A DNA stretch of 64,000 nucleotides from contig DAIDHL010000006.1 of assembly GCA_027459745.1 (NCBI GenBank), positions 19,578 to 83,577 on the forward strand, written 5' to 3'. The stretch is from Candidatus Levyibacteriota bacterium. Its GTDB lineage: Bacteria > Patescibacteriota > Microgenomatia > Levybacterales > UBA12049. Of the stretch, positions 1-9,707 are shown piece by piece. The translations under genes and the position numbers were made by a program. Within the stretch, counting starts at the first letter, position 1; every line of letters begins with the position of its first letter. The notes below the pieces were generated by a model that was given only the letters and a program-made list of their open reading frames with translations, was not told the DNA's origin and did not search any database.

Positions 1-750
1 AATCTTTCTTTTTGAACTCTTGTCCAATATAAAAAATCTGCCTCTTTGGGCAGATCGTTAATATTACTAACTTCAATTAATTTAATGTTTCTTTGGCTAA
101 ATAAGTTAAAATCATCTTTGGATAATTTTAACTCTTTAGGAGAGAGTAAATAAATAATATTATTCTTAAATAAACTTAAACCCCTAATTAAAGAATGGAT
201 TGTTCTTCCATTTAATAAATCACCTGCCATAATGCCGGTGAGATTATTTAATCTTTTATGTTTGTCATAGATGGTCATTAAGTCAAGTAGAGCCTGTGTA
301 GGATGTTCACCAATACCATCTCCGGCATTAAAAACAGGCACAAACTCTGCCGCATCAGCCGCCTTTTGCACGCTTCCTTGTTCATTATGTCTAATTACAA
401 TAGCATCAGTGTATGCTTCTAAAACACGAATGGTATCTTCCAGAGTTTCTCCTTTGGAAACCGAAGAAAAAGTCTTGGGATCATGTACTTCTAAAGTTTG
501 TCCTCCCAGTTGTTTTACAGCTGCCGCAAAGGAATTAAAAGTACGACTGGAAGGTTCATAGAAAATGATTGCCACAATTTTGCCGGCCAGATTTTTGGCT
601 GGTTTGGCACCAAGCGCAATTCTTTTCATTTGTTGAGTCTTTTTATATAGAGCTAATATGTCTTTAGAAGTAAACTGATCGAGGGATAGAATATCTTTAC
701 CTTTATATTTTCCGTTTATCTTTATTAATCCAGAGTCGTGATTTGACATA
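1..750 (-). CDS. pyrB: Aspartate carbamoyltransferase catalytic subunit, partial (C-terminus lies outside the window)
   Basis: Minus-strand translation starts MSNHDSGLIKINGKYKGKDILSL...; contains the SSRT(F) carbamoyl-phosphate motif and the HPTQALLD motif typical of ATCase rather than OTCase; ATG at 748-750. Confidence 0.75.
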
Positions 751-838
751 ATATTTGACTTCTGGGATTTAAGTCTATAGATAATAAAATCTTTTGTCAA
801 TGTCCAATTTGGTTTTTTGTTTTATAATATTAAAACAT

Positions 839-1846
839 ATGAATTACAAATATGATAAATCATTTATTGGTGGGAGCTTCGATCATTTACATATTGGTCA
901 TCACAAACTAATACACAAAGCTTTTAAAGATAGTTATTTTGTTACGATTGGTTTAACTTCTGATGAAATGATAGCAAATAAAAAATTTGCTAAATCTTTA
1001 GAGAATTACGATCTCAGATATAGAACGTTATTTAATTATCTAAACCAATATGAATATTCTCATCGGTTTAAAATAATTAAACTTACAGATATTTATGGAA
1101 CTACACTACGTGATAAAGATAGTCAGGCAATATTTGTTACTGAACAAACGAAGTTTAATGCGCAATTAATCAATAAACAAAGAAATAAATTAGGTATGCA
1201 GGAGTTACTGATTGTTGAAGTAGAATTTGTAAGAGGAGATGATGATAAAGTTGTATCATCAGAAAGAATTAGAAGTGGAGAAATTAATACTAGAGGTGAG
1301 TCGTACATTGAATTTTATAAAAAATTCAATGTAGATTTATTTTTACCGGATAATTTAAGACATGAATTAATAAATCCTTTTGGTGAAATTGTTAAAGATT
1401 TCGCTACTTTTAAGCAGAGTATTGAAAAAGTAGACTTTCTGGTAACAGTAGGTGATATTGTCTCTGCAGACTTTATTAAAAACAATTTTCAAGCATCAAT
1501 AAGTGTTATCGACCTAAAGACAAGAAGACAAAATATATATAAGAGTTATTTTGAAAAATACTTTACTATTTTACCCAAGATTAAGTTGTCTAATCCAGCC
1601 GGCGTGATTAAATTTTCTACCGCTTTGAGTATCCAAAGATATATTCAGAATTTCTTAAATAATAAAATAAAGAAAATAATCGTAATTAACGGTGAAGAAG
1701 ACTTATTGGCTTTGCCATTTATACTTTTTTCTCCATTAGAAAGCATAATAATTTATGGTATTCATGATAAAGGGATGGCCATTGTGGAAGTCAACGTTGA
1801 CACGAAGGAAAAGGTTAAACAACTCCTGGCCAGATTTTACAGGTAA
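839..1846 (+). CDS. Archaeal/eukaryotic-type phosphopantetheine adenylyltransferase (cytidylyltransferase fold, GGSFDHLHIGH) fused to a roughly 190-aa C-terminal domain, possibly a DUF359-type dephospho-CoA kinase
   Basis: G-x-F-D-x-x-H-x-G-H nucleotidyltransferase signature 10 aa after the ATG at 839 (the ORF track starts at the TTG at 794); C-terminal half has VGDIVS and INGEEDLLALP motifs. Confidence 0.55.
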   Translation: MNYKYDKSFIGGSFDHLHIGHHKLIHKAFKDSYFVTIGLTSDEMIANKKFAKSLENYDLRYRTLFNYLNQYEYSHRFKIIKLTDIYGTTLRDKDSQAIFVTEQTKFNAQLINKQRNKLGMQELLIVEVEFVRGDDDKVVSSERIRSGEINTRGESYIEFYKKFNVDLFLPDNLRHELINPFGEIVKDFATFKQSIEKVDFLVTVGDIVSADFIKNNFQASISVIDLKTRRQNIYKSYFEKYFTILPKIKLSNPAGVIKFSTALSIQRYIQNFLNNKIKKIIVINGEEDLLALPFILFSPLESIIIYGIHDKGMAIVEVNVDTKEKVKQLLARFYR

Positions 1847-1904
1847 TATTTAATTCGATATGCCTCTTGACAGTAGAGTAAATACTGTTCTAATCTGGTA
1901 ATAG

Positions 1905-2342
1905 ATGAAGAAGAAATCTGTGAAAAAACCAAATAAATCAGTAAGGACTCCTACAAAAAACAAAGGTTTAAATTGGAGTTGGCAACGCATAACAGTTGTC
2001 ATATCAGGAATTGCCTTGTTTTTAGTTATTCTTACTCCCCTACATCGTCCTGTGGTTAATAGCGTGTTAGGAGTAAGTATTGTTAAGGGTATGTATCAGG
2101 AATCGGTTGTTCCTTTACCCAAAGTTTCTGGAGCGGTAAAGTATAATATTTATTATAAGTCCTCAGCAGATTCAACCTTTGTCAATGCAGTTCGAAATGT
2201 TAACCCTCGATTGGTAGATTACACAATTACATATCTTAAAATGAATACTGGTTACCAATATAAGATCTCCGCGGTAAATAATAAAGGCGCAGAGTTTTGG
2301 TGGTCCCCTACCACCAATATGACAAATCTTCAGTCGATGTAG
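1905..2342 (+). CDS. Hypothetical membrane-anchored protein (basic N-terminus, one TM)
   Basis: ORF with a Lys-rich N-terminus followed by a hydrophobic helix; no recognisable motif. Confidence 0.35.
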   Translation: MKKKSVKKPNKSVRTPTKNKGLNWSWQRITVVISGIALFLVILTPLHRPVVNSVLGVSIVKGMYQESVVPLPKVSGAVKYNIYYKSSADSTFVNAVRNVNPRLVDYTITYLKMNTGYQYKISAVNNKGAEFWWSPTTNMTNLQSM

Positions 2343-2390
2343 CTTTAATGATGGGCTTGCAAATTTTTATATATTCCCTACACTAATCTA

Positions 2391-2762
2391 GTGAAAATAA
2401 AAGAACTAAGTACTTTAGAAAAAGAAATAATGTCTTATATTTGGCAATATAAAAGCTGTACAGTTGCGCAAATTCATCAGAACCTTAAAGATAAGTATGC
2501 ATATACAACAATTGCTACAATTACCAATCGATTGCTTGACAAAGGAGTCTTAATCCGCCGTAAACATGAGCGTGGATTTAAATACTTACCTAAAGTTTCT
2601 GAAGTACAGTATGCAAAAAAAATCGCTCGGTCCTTGATCTCGTCTTTTTTATCAACTTACGGTGAATCTGCTTTTGTGTCCTTTGCCGAAGGAATTGATG
2701 AATTGCCCCAAAAACAAAAAAAACATTTACTATCCATTCTAAAGTTAAAAAATAAAAAATAA
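2391..2762 (+). CDS. blaI: BlaI/MecI/CopY-family transcriptional repressor
   Basis: 123 aa, GTG start; LSTLEKEIMSYIW...CTVAQIHQNL...TIATITNRLLDKGVLIRRK winged-helix pattern typical of penicillinase repressors; followed 2 nt later by a BlaR1-like gene. Confidence 0.7.
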   Translation: MKIKELSTLEKEIMSYIWQYKSCTVAQIHQNLKDKYAYTTIATITNRLLDKGVLIRRKHERGFKYLPKVSEVQYAKKIARSLISSFLSTYGESAFVSFAEGIDELPQKQKKHLLSILKLKNKK

Positions 2763-2763
2763 T

Positions 2764-3705
2764 ATGCTTTTACTTATTATTGTGCTTGCATTATTAGCAG
2801 GTATAATTGTCTATTTTATCTCAACCAATTTGCTTTCATTGATTTTTTATCATGCTGTTTATTATTGTGCGAACGTAATCCATAATTTTATTATTCCATT
2901 TCCAAATATTATGACATTAACCATCGTTTTTATTATAGGATTGTATTTTTTGTGGATTATCGTTAACTTACTTTTATTTTCATTTAACACATTAAATCTT
3001 GTAGTATTTTCTACAAGAAATATTAATACTGAATTAAGTTACGTTAAAAAGTTAGAATTATATGGAATTGATAAAAATACCATATTATTAAACAGTAATA
3101 GTCTTCAAGCTTTTTGTTTTGGTTTTTTTAATCCTAAAATATACATATCAACAAAAATCTTAGATACTTTTAACAGATCGGAAATAATGGCGATCTGGTT
3201 TCACGAAAATTATCACAGAACTAACTATCATTCATTTAAGAGAGTTATTCGTAATTTTGCAATTTTATTTACGCCTGTTTTTCCATTAATAAAAGATTTA
3301 GCCAAAGAGCAGATGATTAAAGATGAGATTTTAGCAGATAAAGCAGTACTTAAGCATTTAAAAAAAGACTATTTGATATCTTCACTGAAAAAATTAATAA
3401 TCTCAGTTGATTATCCTACTTCAGTTACTTTTTTTGCAGCCTATGATACTTTGTTGCAAAGGATTAATTCAATTAACGAAGTTAAAATTTCTAAAACAGA
3501 TTACGTGAAGTCAACTATTTTTAGCGTTGTTAGCTTATTTGTTTTATTGACTATATGTACTTCTTTAGTTCAGGCGAAAACGATTAATAGTTTTAAATGT
3601 ACAAATAAAGAGTGTTTAACAGTCTGTAAAAATTCCAATTTAAAAATACCTTATTTAAATAATGTTTCTCTACCTATTTCGATACTATACTCTCCCAAGA
3701 GTTGA
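2764..3705 (+). CDS. BlaR1/MecR1-like M56 family membrane metallopeptidase (signal transducer / antirepressor)
   Basis: Multi-TM N-terminal region, HExxH zinc motif (WFHENYH), operon partner of the blaI-like gene. Confidence 0.5.
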   Translation: MLLLIIVLALLAGIIVYFISTNLLSLIFYHAVYYCANVIHNFIIPFPNIMTLTIVFIIGLYFLWIIVNLLLFSFNTLNLVVFSTRNINTELSYVKKLELYGIDKNTILLNSNSLQAFCFGFFNPKIYISTKILDTFNRSEIMAIWFHENYHRTNYHSFKRVIRNFAILFTPVFPLIKDLAKEQMIKDEILADKAVLKHLKKDYLISSLKKLIISVDYPTSVTFFAAYDTLLQRINSINEVKISKTDYVKSTIFSVVSLFVLLTICTSLVQAKTINSFKCTNKECLTVCKNSNLKIPYLNNVSLPISILYSPKS

Positions 3706-3740
3706 TACACTTTGATAGATTGACACATCTTCAAATTATT

Positions 3741-3757
3741 TACTACACTATGTAGTA
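3741..3757. promoter_or_regulatory. Perfect palindrome TACTACActaTGTAGTA (TACA/TGTA dyad, BlaI/MecI-operator-like) abutting the dsbA-like start codon; a TTGACA -35-like hexamer lies at 3720-3725
   Basis: Read directly from the sequence; 7-bp perfect inverted repeat arms. Confidence 0.4.
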
Positions 3758-4521
3758 TGCCAAGAGTAAATAAAGAAATTAACTTAGTTGAGGAACCAAA
3801 ATTGAAACAGCCTCTGTTACCTAAATTTGGCTACACACAAATTTTAGTAGTATTGCTAGTTATCTCTTCATATTTTCTGGGTGTATATTCCACTCAATTA
3901 AAAGATGTACAAGCTAATCCTTCTGCAGTGCAAGGTGCCACTGCACAAGCTGCGGTTGTTTCTCCTACTCCCGGCAAAGTAAATGTTGGTTTAGGATATT
4001 ATCCAATTAAAGGTAACAAAAATGCAAAGGTGACGTTGGTAGAATTTGGTGATTTGCGTTGTCCATTTTGCGAACAATGGTACACGAGTGTTGAGAGTCA
4101 GTTGATGAAAGATTATGTGGATACAGGTAAAGTTAAATTTGCCTTTAGAGATTATGCGTTTTTAGGACCGGCATCTGATACTGCCGCAAATGCAGTTGCA
4201 TGTGCAAATGAGCAAGGAAAGTTTTGGGAAATGGAAGATTATTTCTATAAAAATCAACCTCCAGAAACTGATACGTCCATGTATACAGTCGATAATTTAA
4301 CTCAAGTAGCTGGTACATTGGGAATGGATACAAATCAATTTCAATCCTGCTTGAGCTCTACCAAATATAGCTCTCAGATTGCAAGTGATTTGTCTGATGG
4401 GCAGAAAGCAGGAGTAAGTGGTACTCCCACAATATTTATTGATGGAATCCCAATCGTGGGAGCTCAGCCTTATTCAGCTTTTAAAACAGTTATTGATCAG
4501 GAGCTCGCCAAAAAATCATAG
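3757..4521 (+). CDS. DsbA-family thiol:disulfide oxidoreductase, membrane anchored
   Basis: N-terminal TM helix; thioredoxin-fold active site CPFC (GDLRCPFCEQW); 254 aa. Confidence 0.75.
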   Translation: MPRVNKEINLVEEPKLKQPLLPKFGYTQILVVLLVISSYFLGVYSTQLKDVQANPSAVQGATAQAAVVSPTPGKVNVGLGYYPIKGNKNAKVTLVEFGDLRCPFCEQWYTSVESQLMKDYVDTGKVKFAFRDYAFLGPASDTAANAVACANEQGKFWEMEDYFYKNQPPETDTSMYTVDNLTQVAGTLGMDTNQFQSCLSSTKYSSQIASDLSDGQKAGVSGTPTIFIDGIPIVGAQPYSAFKTVIDQELAKKS

Positions 4522-4548
4522 TCCTCCTAAGGTTTAAAGTACTGAAAC

Positions 4549-5115
4549 ATGCGTGAGATATTTTTACGAAAATCATTCATCTTTTCTACAAGTATTATTA
4601 CTTTTATATATTTAGTCATAACTGTTTGGCTGATGAATTTGCAGTTAGTAGGATTTACACTAACAGCCAGCTATCCTTTAAGCGCAAAATTTCTAATATT
4701 GTATTCATTGCTAGGTGGTCTATTTACTTCTATGACTCCATTTAGTTTGTTTTTATTATTTTTGTCTGCTTTGCTTACGGGAGCGAATTTAACATTAATT
4801 TATCAAAAGATCAGTTTTTTACGCCAGTTAGGAAATCTTAAACTTACAGTAGGAGGAGGATTGGTCCTGGGAATAGTTGGATCTGGATGTAGTGCATGTG
4901 GTTTACCAGTACTCTCTCTCTTTGGTTTAACGGGTAGCGTGGCATTTTTACCCTTGCAAGGAGGAGAACTAGCCTTTATATCTGTGATAATGTTAGCAGT
5001 CTCACTTTATTTTCTTGCTAAAAGTGTCAACAAGATGAGCTGTGATCTTTCCCAAGCTATTACACCCCTGCCATCCTCGAGAAAAAAGCCTACTTATAAG
5101 ACAAAGCAAACATAA
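4549..5115 (+). CDS. Polytopic membrane protein with an intramembrane CxxC (GSGCSACGLP); candidate DsbA re-oxidant (VKOR/DsbB functional analogue)
   Basis: 4-5 predicted TM helices, CSAC motif, positioned immediately downstream of the DsbA-like gene. Confidence 0.4.
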   Translation: MREIFLRKSFIFSTSIITFIYLVITVWLMNLQLVGFTLTASYPLSAKFLILYSLLGGLFTSMTPFSLFLLFLSALLTGANLTLIYQKISFLRQLGNLKLTVGGGLVLGIVGSGCSACGLPVLSLFGLTGSVAFLPLQGGELAFISVIMLAVSLYFLAKSVNKMSCDLSQAITPLPSSRKKPTYKTKQT

Positions 5116-5143
5116 TATGCTACTATTTATTTAGCTAGATATT

Positions 5144-5698
5144 ATGCGCAAAAGTTTCTTTTATTTATTCTTTTGTGAAGCGTTTTTAGTAAGCATCTTA
5201 TATCTTACTATTTATATTGTTGTTCAACAGGTGGTACGTCAATCAGCCAATAGTCCTCAGATCCAAATGGCTGAAGATACTGCGTATGGACTTTCCAATG
5301 GACAGAGTCCAGAAATTTTACTAAATACACCCAGAATCAATCCACTTCAATCTTTGGCACCTTTTACGATTGTGTATGACATTAAAGGTAATGTTTTATC
5401 AACTACGCTTTCGTCTAGTGTGTATTTGCCTGAAATACCCAAGGGAGTGTTGGAGTATGTTCAAGCAAGAGCTGAAGATAGATTTACTTGGCAACCAAAA
5501 TCGAATCTAAGAATAGCAGCTGTAATGACGGAATATGTTAGCAAAAATGGTGGAGGATTCGTGTTAGTTGGAAGGTCTTTAAGAGAAGTAGAAAATTTAG
5601 AGTCATATTTAGAGAATATTGTGGGCACGACCTGGATTATGTCCCTGATTTTGATATTCATATTTACAAGAATTTATTTTGGTAAAAAAAATAATTAA
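5144..5698 (+). CDS. Hypothetical protein with N- and C-terminal TM helices
   Basis: ORF only. Confidence 0.3.
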   Translation: MRKSFFYLFFCEAFLVSILYLTIYIVVQQVVRQSANSPQIQMAEDTAYGLSNGQSPEILLNTPRINPLQSLAPFTIVYDIKGNVLSTTLSSSVYLPEIPKGVLEYVQARAEDRFTWQPKSNLRIAAVMTEYVSKNGGGFVLVGRSLREVENLESYLENIVGTTWIMSLILIFIFTRIYFGKKNN

Positions 5699-5700
5699 CT

Positions 5701-6384
5701 ATGGAAGAAGACCAATCTCCTTTTAAAATTGAACTAGAAAACGTAATTTCTCAAGTTAAAGTCTTTTTGAAGAAGCCTATTTTTATAGGTCTGTCAATTC
5801 TTTTTATCATATCTTTAGCTTCAACTTATTATATTCTCTTTATGTGGAATGCTAAACCTTCTATGTCCAAGACTAATAGCGCTAATTTTGTCTTACCATC
5901 TGTGCCAGATGTCTCCCCTTCATTATCACCAAGTTTTACTCCTACACCAACAGCTTCAGCTACACCAACCCCAGTTTCTGCTTCAGATCCAACGAGTAAG
6001 TGGAGTACTTTTACCAATTCGGTATATCGTTATTCCATAAAATATCCGCCTGGATGGGTTGCTGGTTATATTAATTCTACTGACCCCTTAATTCCAAACT
6101 TTGTGAGTATTAACCCATCGACTGCATCGGCCAGCTTAAACTCGATTACTATTTCTTATACAACTAGAACAGCAGCCCAATTAGCTGCAATATATGGAAC
6201 TAGTTCCGCGACTCTTACTATCGCAACTCAATCGGCGAGTGAGTATGATCAGCAGGACTCAAGTGGCAATAAATCTGTTTCTATAATCTTGGAAGAACCC
6301 ACTTATGCTTACGTGTTTTACGCTATGGATCAATATAAGACTCTATTGCTACAAATGCTTTCAACCTTGATACTTAATCCCTAA
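5701..6384 (+). CDS. Hypothetical membrane-anchored secreted protein with a Pro/Ser/Thr-rich linker
   Basis: TM helix, then SPSLSPSFTPTPTASATPTPVSASDPT linker, then a globular domain. Confidence 0.3.
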   Translation: MEEDQSPFKIELENVISQVKVFLKKPIFIGLSILFIISLASTYYILFMWNAKPSMSKTNSANFVLPSVPDVSPSLSPSFTPTPTASATPTPVSASDPTSKWSTFTNSVYRYSIKYPPGWVAGYINSTDPLIPNFVSINPSTASASLNSITISYTTRTAAQLAAIYGTSSATLTIATQSASEYDQQDSSGNKSVSIILEEPTYAYVFYAMDQYKTLLLQMLSTLILNP

Positions 6385-6386
6385 TT

Positions 6387-7136
6387 CTATACAAAACGAG
6401 TAACAATAAAAATAAAAATTACTCCTGTCAAAGTTAACGCTATCATTTTGTATGAATTGTTCTGACTATACGCTTCTGGCAACAAGTCACTTGCTCCTAT
6501 ATAGAGTAAAAATCCAGCAAAAAAGCCAAGATATAGCTGTAACCAGTCACTAGGAATTGTGAAAAGAAAAGTTGAAGCTACTCCTAATATTGGAGTTATT
6601 GCGTCTGCCAACAAAAATTTAAATGCACTTCTGACGTTATTTTTGTTTGATAGCATTAAGGTTACAGTATTTAAACCGTCTGAAAAATCATGAGCAACTA
6701 CGGCAATAGCAATTAAAAATCCGATATGTGGACTTACCTGGAAACCCAAACCAATTCCTACCCCATCTAAAAAGCTATGAAAGGATAATCCTGATGCACC
6801 TAAGATACCAATTGTGGGATGTTTGTGATCAATATGTTGATGCTCACAGTAACCATCTTCTTGATGAATATGTGTATGATGCAGCAAAACAGTTTTTTCC
6901 AAAATGTGGAAAAATAAAAACCCAAATACTAAAGCAATAAATGCGTTGATTACAGCTAAATTCTTTTCTGCACTTATAGAAACAATTTCTGGCATAATGT
7001 CAAAAAAACATACTGCAATTAACACGCCAGCAGTAAAGCTCATAATCAAATACAGTCTGTCTTTATGTCTTATACCGAAAAGTCCTCCCGACATGGTCGA
7101 TATAAATGTAAACATAGAGAGTAAAATTGCTTCCAT
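6387..7136 (-). CDS. zupT: ZIP-family zinc transporter
   Basis: HHTHIHQEDGYCEHQHIDHKHP His-rich loop, GLSFHSFLDGVGIG and VAHDFSDGLN ZIP signatures. Confidence 0.8.
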   Translation of the reverse strand: MEAILLSMFTFISTMSGGLFGIRHKDRLYLIMSFTAGVLIAVCFFDIMPEIVSISAEKNLAVINAFIALVFGFLFFHILEKTVLLHHTHIHQEDGYCEHQHIDHKHPTIGILGASGLSFHSFLDGVGIGLGFQVSPHIGFLIAIAVVAHDFSDGLNTVTLMLSNKNNVRSAFKFLLADAITPILGVASTFLFTIPSDWLQLYLGFFAGFLLYIGASDLLPEAYSQNNSYKMIALTLTGVIFIFIVTRFV

Positions 7137-7138
7137 AG

Positions 7139-7561
7139 TTATTTTTGACAGTTGTTACAAGTCCCGTAAAATTCTAAGGCATGGCTTTTAATAACAAACT
7201 TTTTCTTTTTGGAAATTTCATCTTGAAAATCTTCAATTTTACAGTCCGAAATATCTTCAATCTTTCCACAAACGTTGCAAATTAAGTGGTGATGTTCTCC
7301 CCGAGCAGCAAGTTCATAACGAAATTTATTTTCATGTAACTGAATTTGTCTTGTTAGACCTTTTTGTGTAAAAGCATTTACAATACGAAATACAGTGGCA
7401 TTATCTGCTGTAATATTTCTCTTTTGCAGATAATCGATCATAGTTTGTACATCCAGAGGTTCTAAGGAATTTTCAAATAGCTCCATTAAAGCGATACGGG
7501 CAGGTGTGGCACGCAGTTGAGCATCATTTAACTCTGATTTACAATCGTGTTTGTTTAACAT
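7139..7561 (-). CDS. zur: Fur-family metalloregulator, probably Zur (zinc uptake regulator)
   Basis: 140 aa; ARIALMELF DNA-binding helix; HHHLICNVCGK...C..C metal sites; operonic with zupT. Confidence 0.75.
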   Translation of the reverse strand: MLNKHDCKSELNDAQLRATPARIALMELFENSLEPLDVQTMIDYLQKRNITADNATVFRIVNAFTQKGLTRQIQLHENKFRYELAARGEHHHLICNVCGKIEDISDCKIEDFQDEISKKKKFVIKSHALEFYGTCNNCQK

Positions 7562-7584
7562 AGTATTTGCGATAGACTTGCGTT

Positions 7585-7613
7585 AGTATATGCGATCAGA
7601 TTGCATTTGTCAA
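7585..7613 (-). promoter_or_regulatory. Sigma70-like promoter (TTGACA-N17-TATACT) for zur-zupT, with an imperfect palindrome ATGCAATC-t-GATCGCAT across spacer and -10 (candidate Zur box)
   Basis: Read on the minus strand immediately upstream of the zur ATG. Confidence 0.45.
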
Positions 7614-7619
7614 CGTGTA

Positions 7620-9656
7620 TTATTGTCCTGCTACATGTGGTTCACGTAAGAAAAGGTTTAAATCAGCATAATTTACCTTGCCGTCGTCATTTAAATCAGC
7701 ACTTGTTAAGTTTGATCCAGAACATTTGGAATTTGTGAAATCACTATAACAATTTAATAGTAAGTTATAGTCTTGTAAGTCTATAACATTATCCCCGTTA
7801 ATGTCTCCTGCGATTAGATTAACAATAGGTAGAGTAGATGCTTGACCATCTGTAATGTTTAAATCATTGCTGGCTATCTTTTGTAAATATCGATCTGTTT
7901 TAACCTTTATTTCGTAATTTCCTGTCGCAATATTACCCATATCACACGGGGCTTGAGGTGAAGTAGTAAATGTTCCGCTAATCGAGTCATAATGAACTAG
8001 ACAGGTTGTGGTATTAATTATTGTTTGACCTTGTAAAACTGTTACTTTTAAATCTCGTGTATTTGTGACTGGATTTTTATTGCTGAAATTATAGCTATTT
8101 GGGTTTGCGTTATCTCCGGCGGATCCAATGCCGTCTAAGAGTATTTTGAGGTTAATGTACGCATCAGTACTTTTTATGCTAACTGTAGGAATAGGAGTTA
8201 TAGTAGGCGACAAACCTGAACTAGGAGAGGGAGAACATGCCTGTAAAGCCTTATAGGCATTAACACGAGGCCCAATGGGATATTGAGAAGAAGTATTTAC
8301 TGGGTCTGCATTATTTACCAAGCAATTTCTTATTTGCTGGATCGACAAACTAGGGTTGTTGGCTAGTAATAGCGCTGCGACACCGGCAACATGCGGAGCT
8401 GCCATAGAAGTGCCTTGTGAAAAAAGATAGTTAGTTTTATAAACCAGGTTAGCTGGGCATACTTCGCCAGTAGGGCTGCATTGAGAGGCCTTTAAGGATA
8501 ATATGCCATCAGCGGCATTCAGGGTAGATGAGATATCTCCTCCAGGGGCTGAGATTACTACATTGCTGCCGTAATCAGAATAACTTGCTCGGCTGTCAGT
8601 TTTGCTAGTAGCACCAACAGTTAAAACATTATTACATGAAGCTGGAGAAACATTAGCTGAATTAGATAATACTACCTGATTTGTTTGCTGGTTATATGTT
8701 CCATTTCCTGCTGCCGCAATAACCAAAATTCCCGCCTGAGCAGCTGTGTTTATGGTATCTTGCAAGACCTGGTCAGAACTACAAGGATTAGGGGAGGCAT
8801 CAGAGCCTTCGCCTAAACTTAAGTTAATAATATTTGCACCGTCTGCTACTGCTTGCTGTATACCGGCAATGACATTCGATGTTGAACCTTGTCCACTGCT
8901 GTCAATTACTTTAATGGCTAATAATTTTACCTTCCAGTCAATACCACTGATGCCTAAATTGTTGTTACTTGAAGCAGCAATAATTCCCGCTACGTGAGTG
9001 CCATGGCCAAAATCGTCCATAGGATCCATGGTGCCAGTTATAAAGTTCTTCCCCTTAATTATATTCGTCCCAGCAAAATCGGGGTTATTGTAGTCAATAC
9101 CCGAGTCAATTACAGCGACTGTTACATTTGTCGAGCCTTCAGTAATACCCCATGCATCAGGCATATCAATTTTTTGTAAATTCCATTGTAAACTTGAATA
9201 ATATGGATCATTGGGAGTAACAGAAAAACTATGCATATAATAATTAGGTTGTACTGCCTTTATGATGCTTGATTGTTGTTTTAAATCCTGAATAGCTTGG
9301 TTGATATCAGATCCTTGTTTTAAGGTAACAACATAATGGGTTTGCCATTTTGAATTACTGGATAACGGCGTGACAGATAATGCTCCTATTTTTTGATTAA
9401 GTGAATTTATTTGTGATTGTATCTTATATGCACTCTCTAAAGATGTTTCCTGGAAAGCTGATTGAGTTGAGTTTTGGGATTGATTATTAATAACCTGTTG
9501 TACCTGTTGAGGGGCGGAACCATCTTGGTATTCAACCAGGACCTGATTAGGTACATATGGGGTTTGTGCATAAACGGATTGAGAAGTAGCCGAGAATAAA
9601 AAAAACACTAATAAACCCGCAAGTATCTTAACTTGATTAAAAAAAAGCTTTCTCAT
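7620..9656 (-). CDS. Secreted subtilisin-like (S8) serine protease with a C-terminal dockerin-type-I-like module
   Basis: Signal peptide; D/H/S catalytic blocks VAVIDSGID, HGTHVAGIIAA, GTSMAAPHVAGVAALL; C-terminal DINGDNVIDLQD ... DLNDDGKVNYAD calcium-binding repeats. Confidence 0.85.
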   Translation of the reverse strand: MRKLFFNQVKILAGLLVFFLFSATSQSVYAQTPYVPNQVLVEYQDGSAPQQVQQVINNQSQNSTQSAFQETSLESAYKIQSQINSLNQKIGALSVTPLSSNSKWQTHYVVTLKQGSDINQAIQDLKQQSSIIKAVQPNYYMHSFSVTPNDPYYSSLQWNLQKIDMPDAWGITEGSTNVTVAVIDSGIDYNNPDFAGTNIIKGKNFITGTMDPMDDFGHGTHVAGIIAASSNNNLGISGIDWKVKLLAIKVIDSSGQGSTSNVIAGIQQAVADGANIINLSLGEGSDASPNPCSSDQVLQDTINTAAQAGILVIAAAGNGTYNQQTNQVVLSNSANVSPASCNNVLTVGATSKTDSRASYSDYGSNVVISAPGGDISSTLNAADGILSLKASQCSPTGEVCPANLVYKTNYLFSQGTSMAAPHVAGVAALLLANNPSLSIQQIRNCLVNNADPVNTSSQYPIGPRVNAYKALQACSPSPSSGLSPTITPIPTVSIKSTDAYINLKILLDGIGSAGDNANPNSYNFSNKNPVTNTRDLKVTVLQGQTIINTTTCLVHYDSISGTFTTSPQAPCDMGNIATGNYEIKVKTDRYLQKIASNDLNITDGQASTLPIVNLIAGDINGDNVIDLQDYNLLLNCYSDFTNSKCSGSNLTSADLNDDGKVNYADLNLFLREPHVAGQ

Positions 9657-9707
9657 AGGCTAATTCTAGTCTAGTGGGAAGACGAATGCTTTGCAAGGCA
9701 TCTAGGC

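Noticed and set aside
271-561. 96-aa plus-strand ORF
   Set aside because: Lies entirely antisense within the pyrB coding region (minus strand), which has clear ATCase motifs; composition is Ser/Cys/Ala-rich and non-protein-like.
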